Position numbers and translations under genes: made by a program
Source of the DNA: Candidatus Bathyarchaeota archaeon
GTDB lineage: Archaea > Thermoproteota > Bathyarchaeia > Bathyarchaeales > Bathycorpusculaceae
Assembly: GCA_963775685.1 (NCBI GenBank)
Contig: CAVZJV010000014.1
Location: 1,344,001-1,408,000, forward strand
DNA length: 64,000 nucleotides
Direction: 5' to 3'
In this document: one piece after another, positions 9,775-19,964 of the stretch
Layout of the letters: each line of letters starts with the position of its first letter
Numbering within the stretch: position 1 is the stretch's first letter
Notes under the pieces: model-generated
Told to the model about the DNA's origin: nothing
Seen by the model: only the letters and a program-made list of their open reading frames with translations
Database searches by the model: none

Positions 9775-10819
9775 TTAAGGCTTTTTAGAATTTGAAAGTA
9801 ACTTGGAGAAAACTTTTCTTCTTCCTGTTGTTATTATGCTTAGAGAAATTGATACCATAAGACCTATCAAAATTAGTAAGGATTGGAACTCTGGGATTGC
9901 TTGTGCTCCAACTATTTTGAAATTGTGAGTGCTATGGTTGTAGTTTATTCGCAGAATATTGTTTGTTCCATCGTTAGATTGGGTGTAATCTACGTTTCTT
10001 ACCAGGCAACGTTTCGTCTTTGTAGATGGATAGCTCGCCCCATACCAGGATAGTTGGGATGGTAATTATGCAATACCCTGTTGTTCCAGTTTGTCCGTTG
10101 GCTTTGAAGTTCAACTCTTCTATGGCAGGGTTGAATGTTAAATCGGTAACGGTTGAGTTACTTTCAGCGATGATTGGGCAGGTTTTGTCTCCAACTGACA
10201 CATTAAATTGGAACGAAGTTGGACTGGGTGTTGGACTAAGTGAAGAGATTTGACTTGGTGATAAGACAATTTTGTCAACTATGTTAACGGTTATTGGGTT
10301 GCTCCAGTCACTTGTTTCTGAATCATTAAATGTAATCTCTGTATAACCATCTCCAGGTCCTACGGGTGAAATACCTGGCATGTAACCTGGCTTTTGAGTT
10401 AAGGCATAGCAACCAGTTATTGCTTGAACTTGAAAATCAAGCAAAGAACTGTTGTTAAGCAGATTATTCTTAGCTGAACGAAAAAGGTAGTCTCTTAGGT
10501 CGCCGGGGTAGGGTGGTATTGAGATAAGAGTAGTTTGTGAGTCAGACTGAAGCTGATAATTACCCATGCGTATCCATTCTTATAAGTTATGGTCTTTGAC
10601 TCTATAATAGTAAATTATTGAGTTAACAGAGCTACTGATAGTGAACCCTTGATTTTCTATAACTATCTGTAATGAGCTATCATTTAGGAATTGTATAGTG
10701 AACTCTGGTGCATAGGGTTTAGATGAGTGAGCACTAACAGGTTCAAGGCAGACAGTCCCTAAAGCTAAAAGTGCCAGCAGAATCAGGACAATTATTACTG
10801 GCTTTTTCATCAAAGTCAA
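9775..10819 (-). pseudogene. Secreted surface protein with a PEF-type C-terminal anchor; in-frame TAA (10580-10582) and a frameshift (~10005)
   Basis: Signal peptide, Pro/Ser/Thr linker; the shifted frame gives AIPEFQSLLILIGLMVSISLSIITTGRRK. Confidence 0.75.
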
Positions 10820-10913
10820 GGACTCCCTACGATAACTAACAACGCAGTTAGCTTATAGTTCTATTCACAGAACAAACAACAAGCCGGCTGTTCCATTTTG
10901 GAACACCGAAGTT

Positions 10914-11529
10914 TCAATGTTTATTTTCAGATTTTCCTATATTGCATTTTATTGCAAATATAACAGAGAGTAAAGAGGAAAGTAATGGTAAAATTACTAA
11001 CCAGGAAAATTCTGGAGTTGTTAGTGGAGATGTGTCAACTGTAAATTCAACAGTTTTATAAGAAGAGACTTCAAATCTTTCCAAACTTGGGTTTTCTGGA
11101 ATCCCCAAATATTGCCATCAATAGTAAACTGTGACATTATGGTTCCCTTCAGATAAAGCTGGCAACATCACGTCTGCTGAAGCGGTGGTGGTCCAATGGT
11201 ACCAATCTGGAATGCCTGTCTTATCCACTATGTTATTCACAAAGCTGCTAACGCTATTGATAATTCCACCATCCAAACTATATCCAACATTACCTAATTG
11301 CCCCAACATTATGGTTACTTCAACAGTAAAATTCAGTAGTATCTGATTTGAATACCTGCTTTGGTTTTGAGGAGAAAGAATTTTGATGCTATACCTAACT
11401 ATCGTCTGCATAGAAAAATGTAGCAAGACCTAAAGTTGGGACATCTTGTGTTGTTGGAGCCTGCGCTTTTGCTAATGATGGAATTAAAAAGATGGATAAT
11501 AGGATTGCAATTGTTAGTGCTTTTTTCAT
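10914..11529 (-). pseudogene. Secreted protein with a PEF-type C-terminal anchor; frameshift near 11420 and in-frame TGA (11118-11120)
   Basis: MKKALTIAILLSIFLIPSLAKA signal; VTVYY*WQYLG; TPEFSWLVILPLL tail. Confidence 0.72.
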
Positions 11530-11770
11530 TTAGGCATCAAAAAATCATCGGTATTTTTCTTGTTAAAAACATTCTTGTCAACATGCCTATACCAAAACTG
11601 GAGTGATTTATTATCCAAGTTTCTTGACTAATCGTTTCTATCTATTAGTAACTCCTAAAATTCCCACAAGTAGAAATCCATTCATCAGTTGTTTTTCTTG
11701 AGTCCGTGAGATAGGTTTAAATTGGGAAAGATAAAGTATAAAAAATAAAATTCTAAGGAAGGAAAAGTGA

Positions 11771-12799
11771 CTATTTTGCCATTTTAACTTTAGCAACTAT
11801 GGCATCTGCCACCTCGCTTGTAGTAGCTTTCCCGTCTAAATCTGTGGTTCGTACCTTGCCCTCTTTGAGCACGCTAATCACAGTATTCTCGATTTTTGCC
11901 GCCGCATCTTTTTCGCCAAGGTAATCCAGCATCAAAGCACCCGCCATAATAGTTGCTATGGGATTAACCCTGTTCATGCCTGTGTACTTGGGCGCTGATC
12001 CATGAACGGGTTCGAACATGCCGTAGTTCTCGCCGATGTTAGCTCCCGCCGCTAAACCCAAGCTCCCTGTGACTTGCGCTGCTTCGTCACTAATGATATC
12101 GCCGAACAAGTTAGTTGTAACCATTACGTCGTAGGCTTCCGGTTTTTTGATTAACTGCATGGTTGCTGCATCAATGTGCAGGTCATCGACTTCAACGTCT
12201 AGATAGTTTTGTTGGGCTTCTTTAACTGCGTCTTTAAATATGCCGTCAGTTACCCGTAGAATATTGCCCTTGTGGATGTAGGTGAGGTGTTTTCTTCGTT
12301 GACTGGCAAGTTTGAAGGCGAAGTTTGCAACCTTCAAGGAGGCTTCGCGGGTGATTATTCGCAGGGCTACGCCCACGCCGGGAGCCAGCAGCGATTCCAT
12401 GCCCGAATACATGCCCTCTGTGTTTTCTCGCACCACAACAAGGTCGATGTTTGGTTTGAGAGCTTCCACGCTTGGGAAAGTTCTGCATGGACGCACGTTC
12501 GCATACAGATTGAACATGCGCCGCAGGGTCACGGCTACGCTGACTGGTGCGCCTGGCTCTTCGGGGGTAGTCATAGGTCCTTTAAGGCAGGCCTCGGTTT
12601 TCTTGATTAACTCAATGGTTTCTTTGGGCAAATTGGTGCCGTATTGAGGTATGCAGTGTGCTCCTGCTTCACCGTAGAGGAAGTTAAGTTTAAAATTGGA
12701 TTTTTTTTCCATTGCTTCGAGGACTTTTACAGTTGCCTCGGTGACTTCCGGTCCGATGCCGTCGCCTTTAAGCGTGGCTATATTGTAAGTTTTAACCAT
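11771..12799 (-). CDS. Isocitrate/isopropylmalate dehydrogenase family protein (substrate unresolved)
   Basis: GDGIGPEV, RENTEG, NLFGDIISD, EPVHGSAP. Confidence 0.92.
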   Translation of the reverse strand: MVKTYNIATLKGDGIGPEVTEATVKVLEAMEKKSNFKLNFLYGEAGAHCIPQYGTNLPKETIELIKKTEACLKGPMTTPEEPGAPVSVAVTLRRMFNLYANVRPCRTFPSVEALKPNIDLVVVRENTEGMYSGMESLLAPGVGVALRIITREASLKVANFAFKLASQRRKHLTYIHKGNILRVTDGIFKDAVKEAQQNYLDVEVDDLHIDAATMQLIKKPEAYDVMVTTNLFGDIISDEAAQVTGSLGLAAGANIGENYGMFEPVHGSAPKYTGMNRVNPIATIMAGALMLDYLGEKDAAAKIENTVISVLKEGKVRTTDLDGKATTSEVADAIVAKVKMAK

Positions 12800-12885
12800 A
12801 TTAGGTGCCTTCTGTTTTTTGTTAGTATATTGTTTTTGCTTATCAGCATTCCTGTTATCCTTTTGTTTTTCTAAACAAAAATGCG

Positions 12886-13410
12886 CTAAACTTTGCTTTT
12901 ATGATCGAGGTAGAGTTGCCGTTGTTTCTGATATTCCTTAATGTCTTCTTTTCCTTTGTAGCGTCGCATTGTTGCAGCATTTGTTCTAACTCGTTCAAAC
13001 CGTTTTTGGGTGTTGAGTCTTTCAGCGAGTTTAATTACATCGTTTGGCTTGCCAAACTTCTCCGCAGTACCATCTTCACGTTTACGCTCTACCTTTATGC
13101 AATCATCTACCATGCAGTTAAGCACGCAGGCGCCGCAGTAAACGCACAAGTCCTCGGTTATACCAACTCCGCTAGTGCTCCAATACAACGCGTTAGTTGG
13201 GCAAGCTTTAATGCAAAGCCTACATTGCCCACCGACACAGGTGAACTTGTTAACACTTATTTTACCTTCTTTGAAGAGTTCTTTAACTCCCGTGGATTCT
13301 AAAAGTTCCTTGCGCCGCTGCCGTTTTTCTGCTTCTTCATCAACTTGACTTTCGCTCTCTTCATTCATCAGGTCGAATATAGAAGGCTGTTTCGACGGCA
13401 TTGGAATCAC
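12886..13410 (-). CDS. 4Fe-4S ferredoxin-domain protein
   Basis: CVGGQCRLCIKACP and CVYCGACVLNC. Confidence 0.85.
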   Translation of the reverse strand: MIPMPSKQPSIFDLMNEESESQVDEEAEKRQRRKELLESTGVKELFKEGKISVNKFTCVGGQCRLCIKACPTNALYWSTSGVGITEDLCVYCGACVLNCMVDDCIKVERKREDGTAEKFGKPNDVIKLAERLNTQKRFERVRTNAATMRRYKGKEDIKEYQKQRQLYLDHKSKV

Positions 13411-13554
13411 GACTAAGTTGATTGTTTTAAAAATAGGGTTTATGAATTATAATTACATAGTGGTGCCTACAGGTTAAGATAATCCATTCTGCTATGCTTT
13501 TTTGCGATTTCAACATTTTTTGCACCTTTTTTATTTTCCACTTTTTTAAAAAAA

Positions 13555-14634
13555 CTATTCAGGAAAGAGTATATCGTCAGAGTCTAAAGTCATTAAGCCG
13601 TCAGAGTCATTTAGGTCTTTTTCGTCTTTTTGGTCATCTTTTTCCATTTCGTTTAAGCCTTGAGAGTTTGGTCTCTGTGCTTTTGCAATGTAGCTTTTGA
13701 GCCACTGGTTTATTTTTTCGCTTAGTGTTTTGGGTTTCGGCAATGTGTTAAGCCATAGCTGTTTTATTTCTTGGTTGACTATGTACGGTTTGCCGTTCTG
13801 CTTAAACTCTGGGCTTACAAAAATAGACCCCTCATAAAACCAAGTTTTTGGTTTCATATTTGCGAAGTCTAAGCCTTTCGTTTTTTCAATGCGTCTTAAG
13901 TTTGGTGAAATGTCTTCATTACTTAGTTTGCCTATGCATTGAATCTGTTTAGACCTTATTGTTTTGCTAAAATCGGTTAACCGTTGGCTTGAAGTGAAAA
14001 AGCCTTCCCTGTTGTTTCTGCCTTCATTGAAAACCGTTAAGAATTCCTCTGTCTCAGTGCTTGAGGTTGAACGACTGCTAAAAGCGTTCTGAGCCTCTTC
14101 TATATAGAAACCTATGGCTTTTGTGTTTTCGTGAGTGCTTGAGGTTGTTTTTTCGGCTCTCTGTTGACTGTCTAAATAGTTTATCACTGTTCTTATGAAA
14201 AAGCCACGTTTAGAAGGTTTTCGGGTTTTCAGTCTAAATAAAACGTCTTTATGGGTTTCTAAGCAGATTTTAATTAAATTGCTGTTTTGAAGGCTATATT
14301 TCTCTATTGAATCGGTCTTACTTCTTGCTGTCTCTAAAATGTCTTTTTCACTTATGTTAAAAACTGGGATTCTTGAAAAGCTGTAAATCCAAGTTTCTGA
14401 GCCGTCAAAAATTATGTTTCTCACGTTTGGCTCTTTCATTAATTGCTCTGCAATGCTAAACATTAAGCGTGTTTTTCCGTGGCTTTTTGAAGCTACAATA
14501 TGAGAGCCGATTCTTAGACCCTCTGAGACAAAAGCGTTAAAACTGCTATGGTCTTCTATGTTGACTTGCTTAGTTTGGCTGTTTGGCTCTGTTTGTGGTT
14601 GTTGTGTCATTTCATACACCAAGTTAGGGGTCAA
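13555..14634 (-). CDS. HerA/FtsK-superfamily-like P-loop ATPase
   Basis: Walker A-like ASKSHGKT, Walker B FYIEEAQ, then EGR (Arg-finger position) and SSQR. Confidence 0.7.
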   Translation of the reverse strand: MTPNLVYEMTQQPQTEPNSQTKQVNIEDHSSFNAFVSEGLRIGSHIVASKSHGKTRLMFSIAEQLMKEPNVRNIIFDGSETWIYSFSRIPVFNISEKDILETARSKTDSIEKYSLQNSNLIKICLETHKDVLFRLKTRKPSKRGFFIRTVINYLDSQQRAEKTTSSTHENTKAIGFYIEEAQNAFSSRSTSSTETEEFLTVFNEGRNNREGFFTSSQRLTDFSKTIRSKQIQCIGKLSNEDISPNLRRIEKTKGLDFANMKPKTWFYEGSIFVSPEFKQNGKPYIVNQEIKQLWLNTLPKPKTLSEKINQWLKSYIAKAQRPNSQGLNEMEKDDQKDEKDLNDSDGLMTLDSDDILFPE

Positions 14635-15118
14635 AATCGAAGGTATATATGCAGTATGGCAAAAAGACCATACTTTTTATAAAAAGTGGCTGAAAAGCAT
14701 CTCAAATTAGGCTTATTTTGGGGTGTCTTCGAATGCGTTTCGACCAAGTTTAAGGCTTTTTTGCCTAAATAATCAGTTTTGAGCCTTATTTCAAGTGTTT
14801 ACCATCAAAAAAATGGAGTAAAATTTCAGACTTTTGAAAATTGCCTTTTGCCTACTATGCATAGAAGGGTTTTGAAAGGTTCAGCTTAGAGATTGTAATT
14901 CATTTTAAAACCGCTAAAAAAAGTTGATAATCTACTATGAAAATCGAAACCTTTTGAGTTTGGTTTCTGAAATAGCGTTCTAAGAGTCTCATAAGGGGAT
15001 TTAAATTTAGCTACTTTTTGAAATCGTGATTTCGGAAATTGGAAAAAATTGAAAATTATTGAGAAGGGCAGGAGGGTTCTATGGTGCAAAACACTTTTCT
15101 TGATGGCAAGAAGAGGTT

Positions 15119-15982
15119 TTATTTTTTTAGAGCAATCCCATTTTTTGTGGCTTTTACTTTAAGATAGTTTACAAACGCCGAACAAGAAACAAGCATAAAT
15201 TTAGCTTCTTCAAAATCTGCCTTTATTTTATCCTCTTTTAAAGAGTGCCGTATCCCATCTGCATCGTTTGTATAAGCATATAGATTTGAGAACGCTTCCT
15301 TGAGCGATGTGTGTAACGTAATTTTGCTTTCTCGCTCAATAATACTAAGTGCTCTGCCAAGAGTTGTTTTTTCGTCGTTTGCTATTATCTTACAGATTGC
15401 CTCAACTGCTGAAATTGATTCTTTAATAGAGTTTCTGTAATCAGGTGAAACTCTGTTGGACATTAATTTTAAAGAATTTTCTAAATGAACATTAACTGAC
15501 TTCAAAGGTGATGTCATAGCTTCTTCTATTTCGGAGAGTTCCACATTGGAAGTTATAGCAGCAATTTGTTTTCCTATAAAACGATAAGCTGATAATTCGC
15601 TCTCAAGAATTCTATTGCATTCCTTGATGAAATTGGCATTTTTATATTCGTTTGGATAGTTTGTAGCAATAAATTCAACAAAATTGTAAACTTCATACCA
15701 TTTAGCTTTGAAGAAGTAATCTCTAATTATTCCATTGGTTTTTCCCCAATCATCTGGTACTGTGTCAATAGGATATCTAAAATAGGAATCCCACAGAGTA
15801 TCAGCGAATTTGCACATTTCAGGAACCATTCGGTAGAAGTTAATTGCTCCATAGCCACCAATAGTCCAATAAAACTTATGAAGGGCATTCCAAAGACTGT
15901 TTCTCAATTCGTTACTCATTGACTCAATCTGTGTTTCCTCTTTTGGTTTTGTGATGCCTGTTCTCTCGGAGAAATTTTTCAT
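15119..15982 (-). CDS. AbiJ-NTD4-like protein with a putative C-terminal HEPN-like region (candidate abortive-infection protein)
   Basis: FSERTG...LRNSLWN, WYEVYNFVEF, NSIKESISAVEA, GIRHS, EAKFMLVSCSAFVNYL pattern recalled for this family. Confidence 0.7.
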   Translation of the reverse strand: MKNFSERTGITKPKEETQIESMSNELRNSLWNALHKFYWTIGGYGAINFYRMVPEMCKFADTLWDSYFRYPIDTVPDDWGKTNGIIRDYFFKAKWYEVYNFVEFIATNYPNEYKNANFIKECNRILESELSAYRFIGKQIAAITSNVELSEIEEAMTSPLKSVNVHLENSLKLMSNRVSPDYRNSIKESISAVEAICKIIANDEKTTLGRALSIIERESKITLHTSLKEAFSNLYAYTNDADGIRHSLKEDKIKADFEEAKFMLVSCSAFVNYLKVKATKNGIALKK

Positions 15983-16093
15983 CAGTTCCCAAACCCTTCC
16001 AACTAATAGTGACTCTTTTCCTCACTTAACGCTTTGCGTTTTCAATGCAATAAGATTCATAAGTATAAACAGTAAAAGAAGAATTGATTAAGA

Positions 16094-16480
16094 ATGTCAA
16101 ACGAAGAAAAGAAATCTTGCTTTGACTGTGCTTATCGCAGAACCGTCGCATTTGGTGGCAAAATAAACGGCAAAGTCATCCAAGGTGCTACTTATTGCAG
16201 ACAGAAAAGCCCTTCTTTCAACGAGAAAGATTTAGAAAACAATGTATGTGAGAAGTTTCTACTCAAAAAGACAGGAATGACTTTAGAGGAACAACTTGAA
16301 GAACAGAAACAAGAAAAAATTAAAAAGCAACAGTTAGTGGAACAAGTAAGAATAACTAAAGAAAACAATAACTTACCAAATCGTCTTAAAAAAAATTGGA
16401 AAACAATAGTTGGAATTATAGGTGTTGTTGCAAGTATTGCGACAATTGTGGAACTTTATCTCCTATTGATTAGATATTAA
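16094..16480 (+). CDS. Hypothetical protein: Cys cluster, coiled coil, C-terminal TM
   Basis: CFDC...C...C, E/Q/K-rich helix, hydrophobic C-terminus. Confidence 0.7.
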   Translation: MSNEEKKSCFDCAYRRTVAFGGKINGKVIQGATYCRQKSPSFNEKDLENNVCEKFLLKKTGMTLEEQLEEQKQEKIKKQQLVEQVRITKENNNLPNRLKKNWKTIVGIIGVVASIATIVELYLLLIRY

Positions 16481-16599
16481 TTCGTTTTTGTGCCTTGCAC
16501 CGTACGAGAAGCCTAAAAAAATCCATTCATATAACGCACACCTATAGCTTCAATCCTTGTTATGGTAGATTACTTTTTTTGACTTTGTACTTTATTACC

Positions 16600-16977
16600 C
16601 TAATGAGGGAAAAACATTCCGAAAATGTTTTTAGCTGGTTGTTTATGAGTCTTAAAATAGTTAATTCTGTATTCTTTTATCAAATTCCCTATTTGCTCAG
16701 AAAATAAACTTAAAACTGTATTGTGATAAGTAGCTTTAGTTAAGTAAAAATATTGTCGTTCTATTTCCGTCTGGAACATTGTTTTTAAATTCCAGTTCTC
16801 TATAAACTCGTTATAGGGTAATCTTAATTTAAATTGAAATGTTGGTTTATGTGGATACGTGTTTATTTCGCTAAGTTTATCAGTCATTGCTTTAAATAGG
16901 GTTTCAGTCTTCAAATTTAGTTCCGAGTTATCTATGCATCTATCGTAACATTCTCTTAATGTATCTAAATCAGTCAT
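16600..16977 (-). CDS. Hypothetical element protein
   Basis: ATG at 16977 after an AGGTG RBS (MTDLDTLRECY...). Confidence 0.6.
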   Translation of the reverse strand: MTDLDTLRECYDRCIDNSELNLKTETLFKAMTDKLSEINTYPHKPTFQFKLRLPYNEFIENWNLKTMFQTEIERQYFYLTKATYHNTVLSLFSEQIGNLIKEYRINYFKTHKQPAKNIFGMFFPH

Positions 16978-17054
16978 TCCTAAACACCTGATACTATAGA
17001 TAGTCAAAAAATATATATGCGCTATGGGGTACAGTAACAAAATGAGATAGTAAT

Positions 17055-17225
17055 TTGAAAATAGATGCAAGCGATGGAATTATGATTATTCTTGCTGTGT
17101 TCATTTTAGGTGCATATTGGGCTCTTCCTAAAGAGACTCTCTATCAAGCATTGGTAACGATTGTTGCCGCTTTAATCGGTGCTGGTTGGTTAGGTTCTAA
17201 GTCTAAGAGAAAGCGTCAGGATTAG
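17055..17225 (+). CDS. 56-aa two-TM protein with a basic tail (not in the ORF track)
   Basis: TTG start; MKIDASDGIMIILAVFILGAYWALPKETLYQALVTIVAALIGAGWLGSKSKRKRQD*. Confidence 0.6.
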   Translation: MKIDASDGIMIILAVFILGAYWALPKETLYQALVTIVAALIGAGWLGSKSKRKRQD

Positions 17226-17324
17226 AAATTTTCGTAAGGAAGTTAAGGACGCTTTAGGCATAACTGACCCGAAAGGAAAAATTCTTTTTGTCTTAGAAGG
17301 CTCTCAAGTTATCGTTCAAAAGGC

Positions 17325-17908
17325 TTAACCAGCGTACAATTCCCTTAACCTTTTGCTCTCTTCAACCTTAACAATCTTGGAATATTCGACAATAAAGTCA
17401 CTAATATCACTGTAAGATAGACTGCTTACACGTTCTTTATTGTTAATATCACTATTATGAGTAGTTTCATATTGTGAGGTTAATAGTAAATTAATTAATT
17501 GTTCTAATTGTGAAAAACCGCAAATTTGAATTTTGTCGGCTTGAGCAAGGTCTAATACGCTGTTATAGTTTTGTGGTTTATTGGTTAATAATACGTGGAT
17601 ATGAAATTTATCGGCTATGTGGCAATCTTGGAATCTGGGTTTAACTGAGTCTAAATACCATTGCGTTCTTATGGGATAATTAGCTTCGCAGTGCTTGTTT
17701 TCCACATAAATTTTATATGAGCCAACCGTGAAAATAAAATCTACTCTGTGACCTCTTTCCCTTTTCCATAAGTGTGGAATCCAAGAATTATGAAAAGTTA
17801 AGTATTTGCCGAGTTTCTTAGATTGAAACCTCTTAAACAGAGAGTATTCTTGATTTATTCCTATTGTGTCTAACTTGCTTAGATATTGGCTCTGAATTAT
17901 TTTTTCAC
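17325..17908 (-). CDS. PD-(D/E)xK nuclease-like ORF; 5' end lacks an in-frame canonical start
   Basis: Frame stays open ~70 codons upstream of the track start, giving RVDFIFTVGSYKIYVENKH (D...ExK). Confidence 0.5.
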
Positions 17909-18048
17909 ATCCCCTAAACTATAAAGCCAAACTGCAATGGCTCTTAATATTCCCCAGTGGAATATTTTTTAGTCTATTTATTCCAAACATAATGTTAAAC
18001 TACTATTTAAAACTTATGTTTTTGGGCTTCTTTTGCCAAAAGCGTCAT

Positions 18049-18284
18049 TTAATCAACTGATTAACTAAAAACAGACACAAATATTGCTTATTTAATCAGT
18101 TGATTAAAAAACTTCTGACACTTGAATTCCCATTATTCCCGACAGCTCAATTTGTTAAAAGGAAGATAGGCTAAGGATTGCAGTCCGTTAGCCCCTAAGG
18201 GATGCGAAACCTAATTATGTTATGTCACGTGTCATATTTAAATGTTATGGCACGATTTAGGCTCTATTTAATCAACTGATTAAA
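18049..18284. repeat. Three copies of the near-palindrome TTAATCA-AC-TGATTAA (18049-18064; 18092-18107 inverted; 18268-18283)
   Basis: Read directly in the divergent intergenic region of the element. Confidence 0.9.
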
Positions 18285-18478
18285 AACTAAGCTACATTCA
18301 ACATTTAACCTATGAAATGCGGCGCAAGCCAAAAATAGCATAAAAAACAGGCTTAAAATCAGCAAAAACCCTTACTTCACTGCTTTTTTGTCCATTGCGG
18401 CACGGAAAAGGCATATTAAAACCATAAGCCATAAATACTCGTTTGTGCTACCTCTAAATAGCTAAAGGTGGCTAAAAT

Positions 18479-18787
18479 ATGGTTAAAAACACAAAACAAG
18501 CACCAATTAAAGTCCGAACAGACACAGCACAACAAATTAGGTTTCTTTCTGAAAAATCACATTTATCTATGACGCAAGTTTTAGCAGAAATTATAGACGC
18601 TGTTTTTACTGTTGGTTGCACATTCGCCACATTGAATCTTTCATATGATTTTGAAATTTCCGAGAGCAAAGTGACAATTTCAGTCGGCGGCAAAAATAAT
18701 TTGCAGAGTGGAAGTTTCGAAGTTCCATCAACTACCAGTGATAAAAAAGTTGATAAAATGATTGCTAAGAGGTTGAAAAGAAAATGA
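18479..18787 (+). CDS. Small putative DNA-binding protein (ribbon-helix-helix-like N-terminus)
   Basis: PIKVRTDTAQQIRFLSEKSHLSMTQVLAEII strand-helix-helix pattern; AAGGTGG RBS. Confidence 0.55.
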   Translation: MVKNTKQAPIKVRTDTAQQIRFLSEKSHLSMTQVLAEIIDAVFTVGCTFATLNLSYDFEISESKVTISVGGKNNLQSGSFEVPSTTSDKKVDKMIAKRLKRK

Positions 18788-19356
18788 CCGAAAATAAAGA
18801 CTCACGGGAAATCCACGTTAGCGTTGACAGCGAACAAATGAAGCAACTTTTAGAGCAAAATTCAGCACTGCAAAGGGAAAAAGAAGCCTTAGCTAAAGAA
18901 GTCGAAGAAAACAAAGACGCTAAAGAAAAATTAGACCTGATTGCTCAAAATGCTTTTGAAAAGAGAAAAAGAGAACTTAACGCACCCGAAGACATCACAA
19001 ACCCAGATGAATTGATGGCTTTTGAACGTGGCAAAAAAAGCAATGTAAGAGAAACTGTTCACGTCCCAAGTGGAACAGTCCCATTAAGCACACAGCAAAA
19101 TAACAGCAATCCTCAAGCCTTTGGCACACACGAAGAAATGATAGATTCGATTCGTGACCGTGCAAGTATTCAAAACCCAGATAAACAAGACCGAAAGCAG
19201 GCTCAAGCAATTTTAGATAAACTTTTCGAAAAGAGCCTTAAAGGTCAAAATGAGTCTCGGAAACCCTTCGATTACGAAATGCCAAAAGAAATAAGCCTTA
19301 GCGACTTGCTAAGTGAAAAGTATCGTAGAAGAAAAAATTTAGGAAAAGGTGAATAA
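18784..19356 (+). CDS. Coiled-coil protein (scaffold-like, inferred)
   Basis: E/K/Q-rich heptads, Pro/Gln linker; ATGA overlap with the upstream gene. Confidence 0.7.
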   Translation: MTENKDSREIHVSVDSEQMKQLLEQNSALQREKEALAKEVEENKDAKEKLDLIAQNAFEKRKRELNAPEDITNPDELMAFERGKKSNVRETVHVPSGTVPLSTQQNNSNPQAFGTHEEMIDSIRDRASIQNPDKQDRKQAQAILDKLFEKSLKGQNESRKPFDYEMPKEISLSDLLSEKYRRRKNLGKGE

Positions 19357-19357
19357 A

Positions 19358-19864
19358 ATGGCAAATATGATTGGAAACGAAAAACTTCAATTTGATGAAT
19401 TGGGAATTCCTTACTATTTAAGAACCATAAACAAGAATGGCGAAACAGAAAAAATTTCCCCAGAACAATGTACTTTACCACTCACTAAAGAGCTAAACAT
19501 TAAAGTGATTATTCGAAGAGAAGGCTGGAATCCCCAGATGCAAAAGCAAGTTTGGTGGGGTCTTCAAACAATCACAATTAAGATTCCAAACGAAAAAGCA
19601 GTTCGCTATCACTATCTCGTTTTCGATGCAAAATGTATGTCAAATATTTGCGTAAAAATACTTTCGCCAGCAATGTATGACGCTTTTGGCAATTACAATT
19701 CTATTTGCTGGAATCTTTCATTGCATCCACTTAAAGAGAGTGTCGAATCTGATTGGTTCAAAAGGTCAAAACCCAAGACGATAACGGCTCTCAAGGCTCA
19801 AGCGATGCTTAGAAACCGTGAAGCACTCACAATCTTGTCAGAAAATGGAGAATTGGCTCAATAG
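19358..19864 (+). CDS. Hypothetical element protein
   Basis: AAGGTGA RBS and ATG at 19358; no motif recognised. Confidence 0.7.
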   Translation: MANMIGNEKLQFDELGIPYYLRTINKNGETEKISPEQCTLPLTKELNIKVIIRREGWNPQMQKQVWWGLQTITIKIPNEKAVRYHYLVFDAKCMSNICVKILSPAMYDAFGNYNSICWNLSLHPLKESVESDWFKRSKPKTITALKAQAMLRNREALTILSENGELAQ

Positions 19865-19964
19865 TGACGGTCTTGAGTCGTGGGTTTTATTCGTGTCCAT
19901 CTTTCACCTATTTCACTTTTGCACGGCTCAAGACTTCACAATTTAATATTTAGGTGAAAAATCT

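Noticed and set aside
13292-13304. 13-bp inverted match to the element repeat TTTTAGAATCCAC inside the ferredoxin gene
   Set aside because: It lies in coding sequence (Leu-Glu-Ser-Thr) and is a single AT-rich match, so probably chance.
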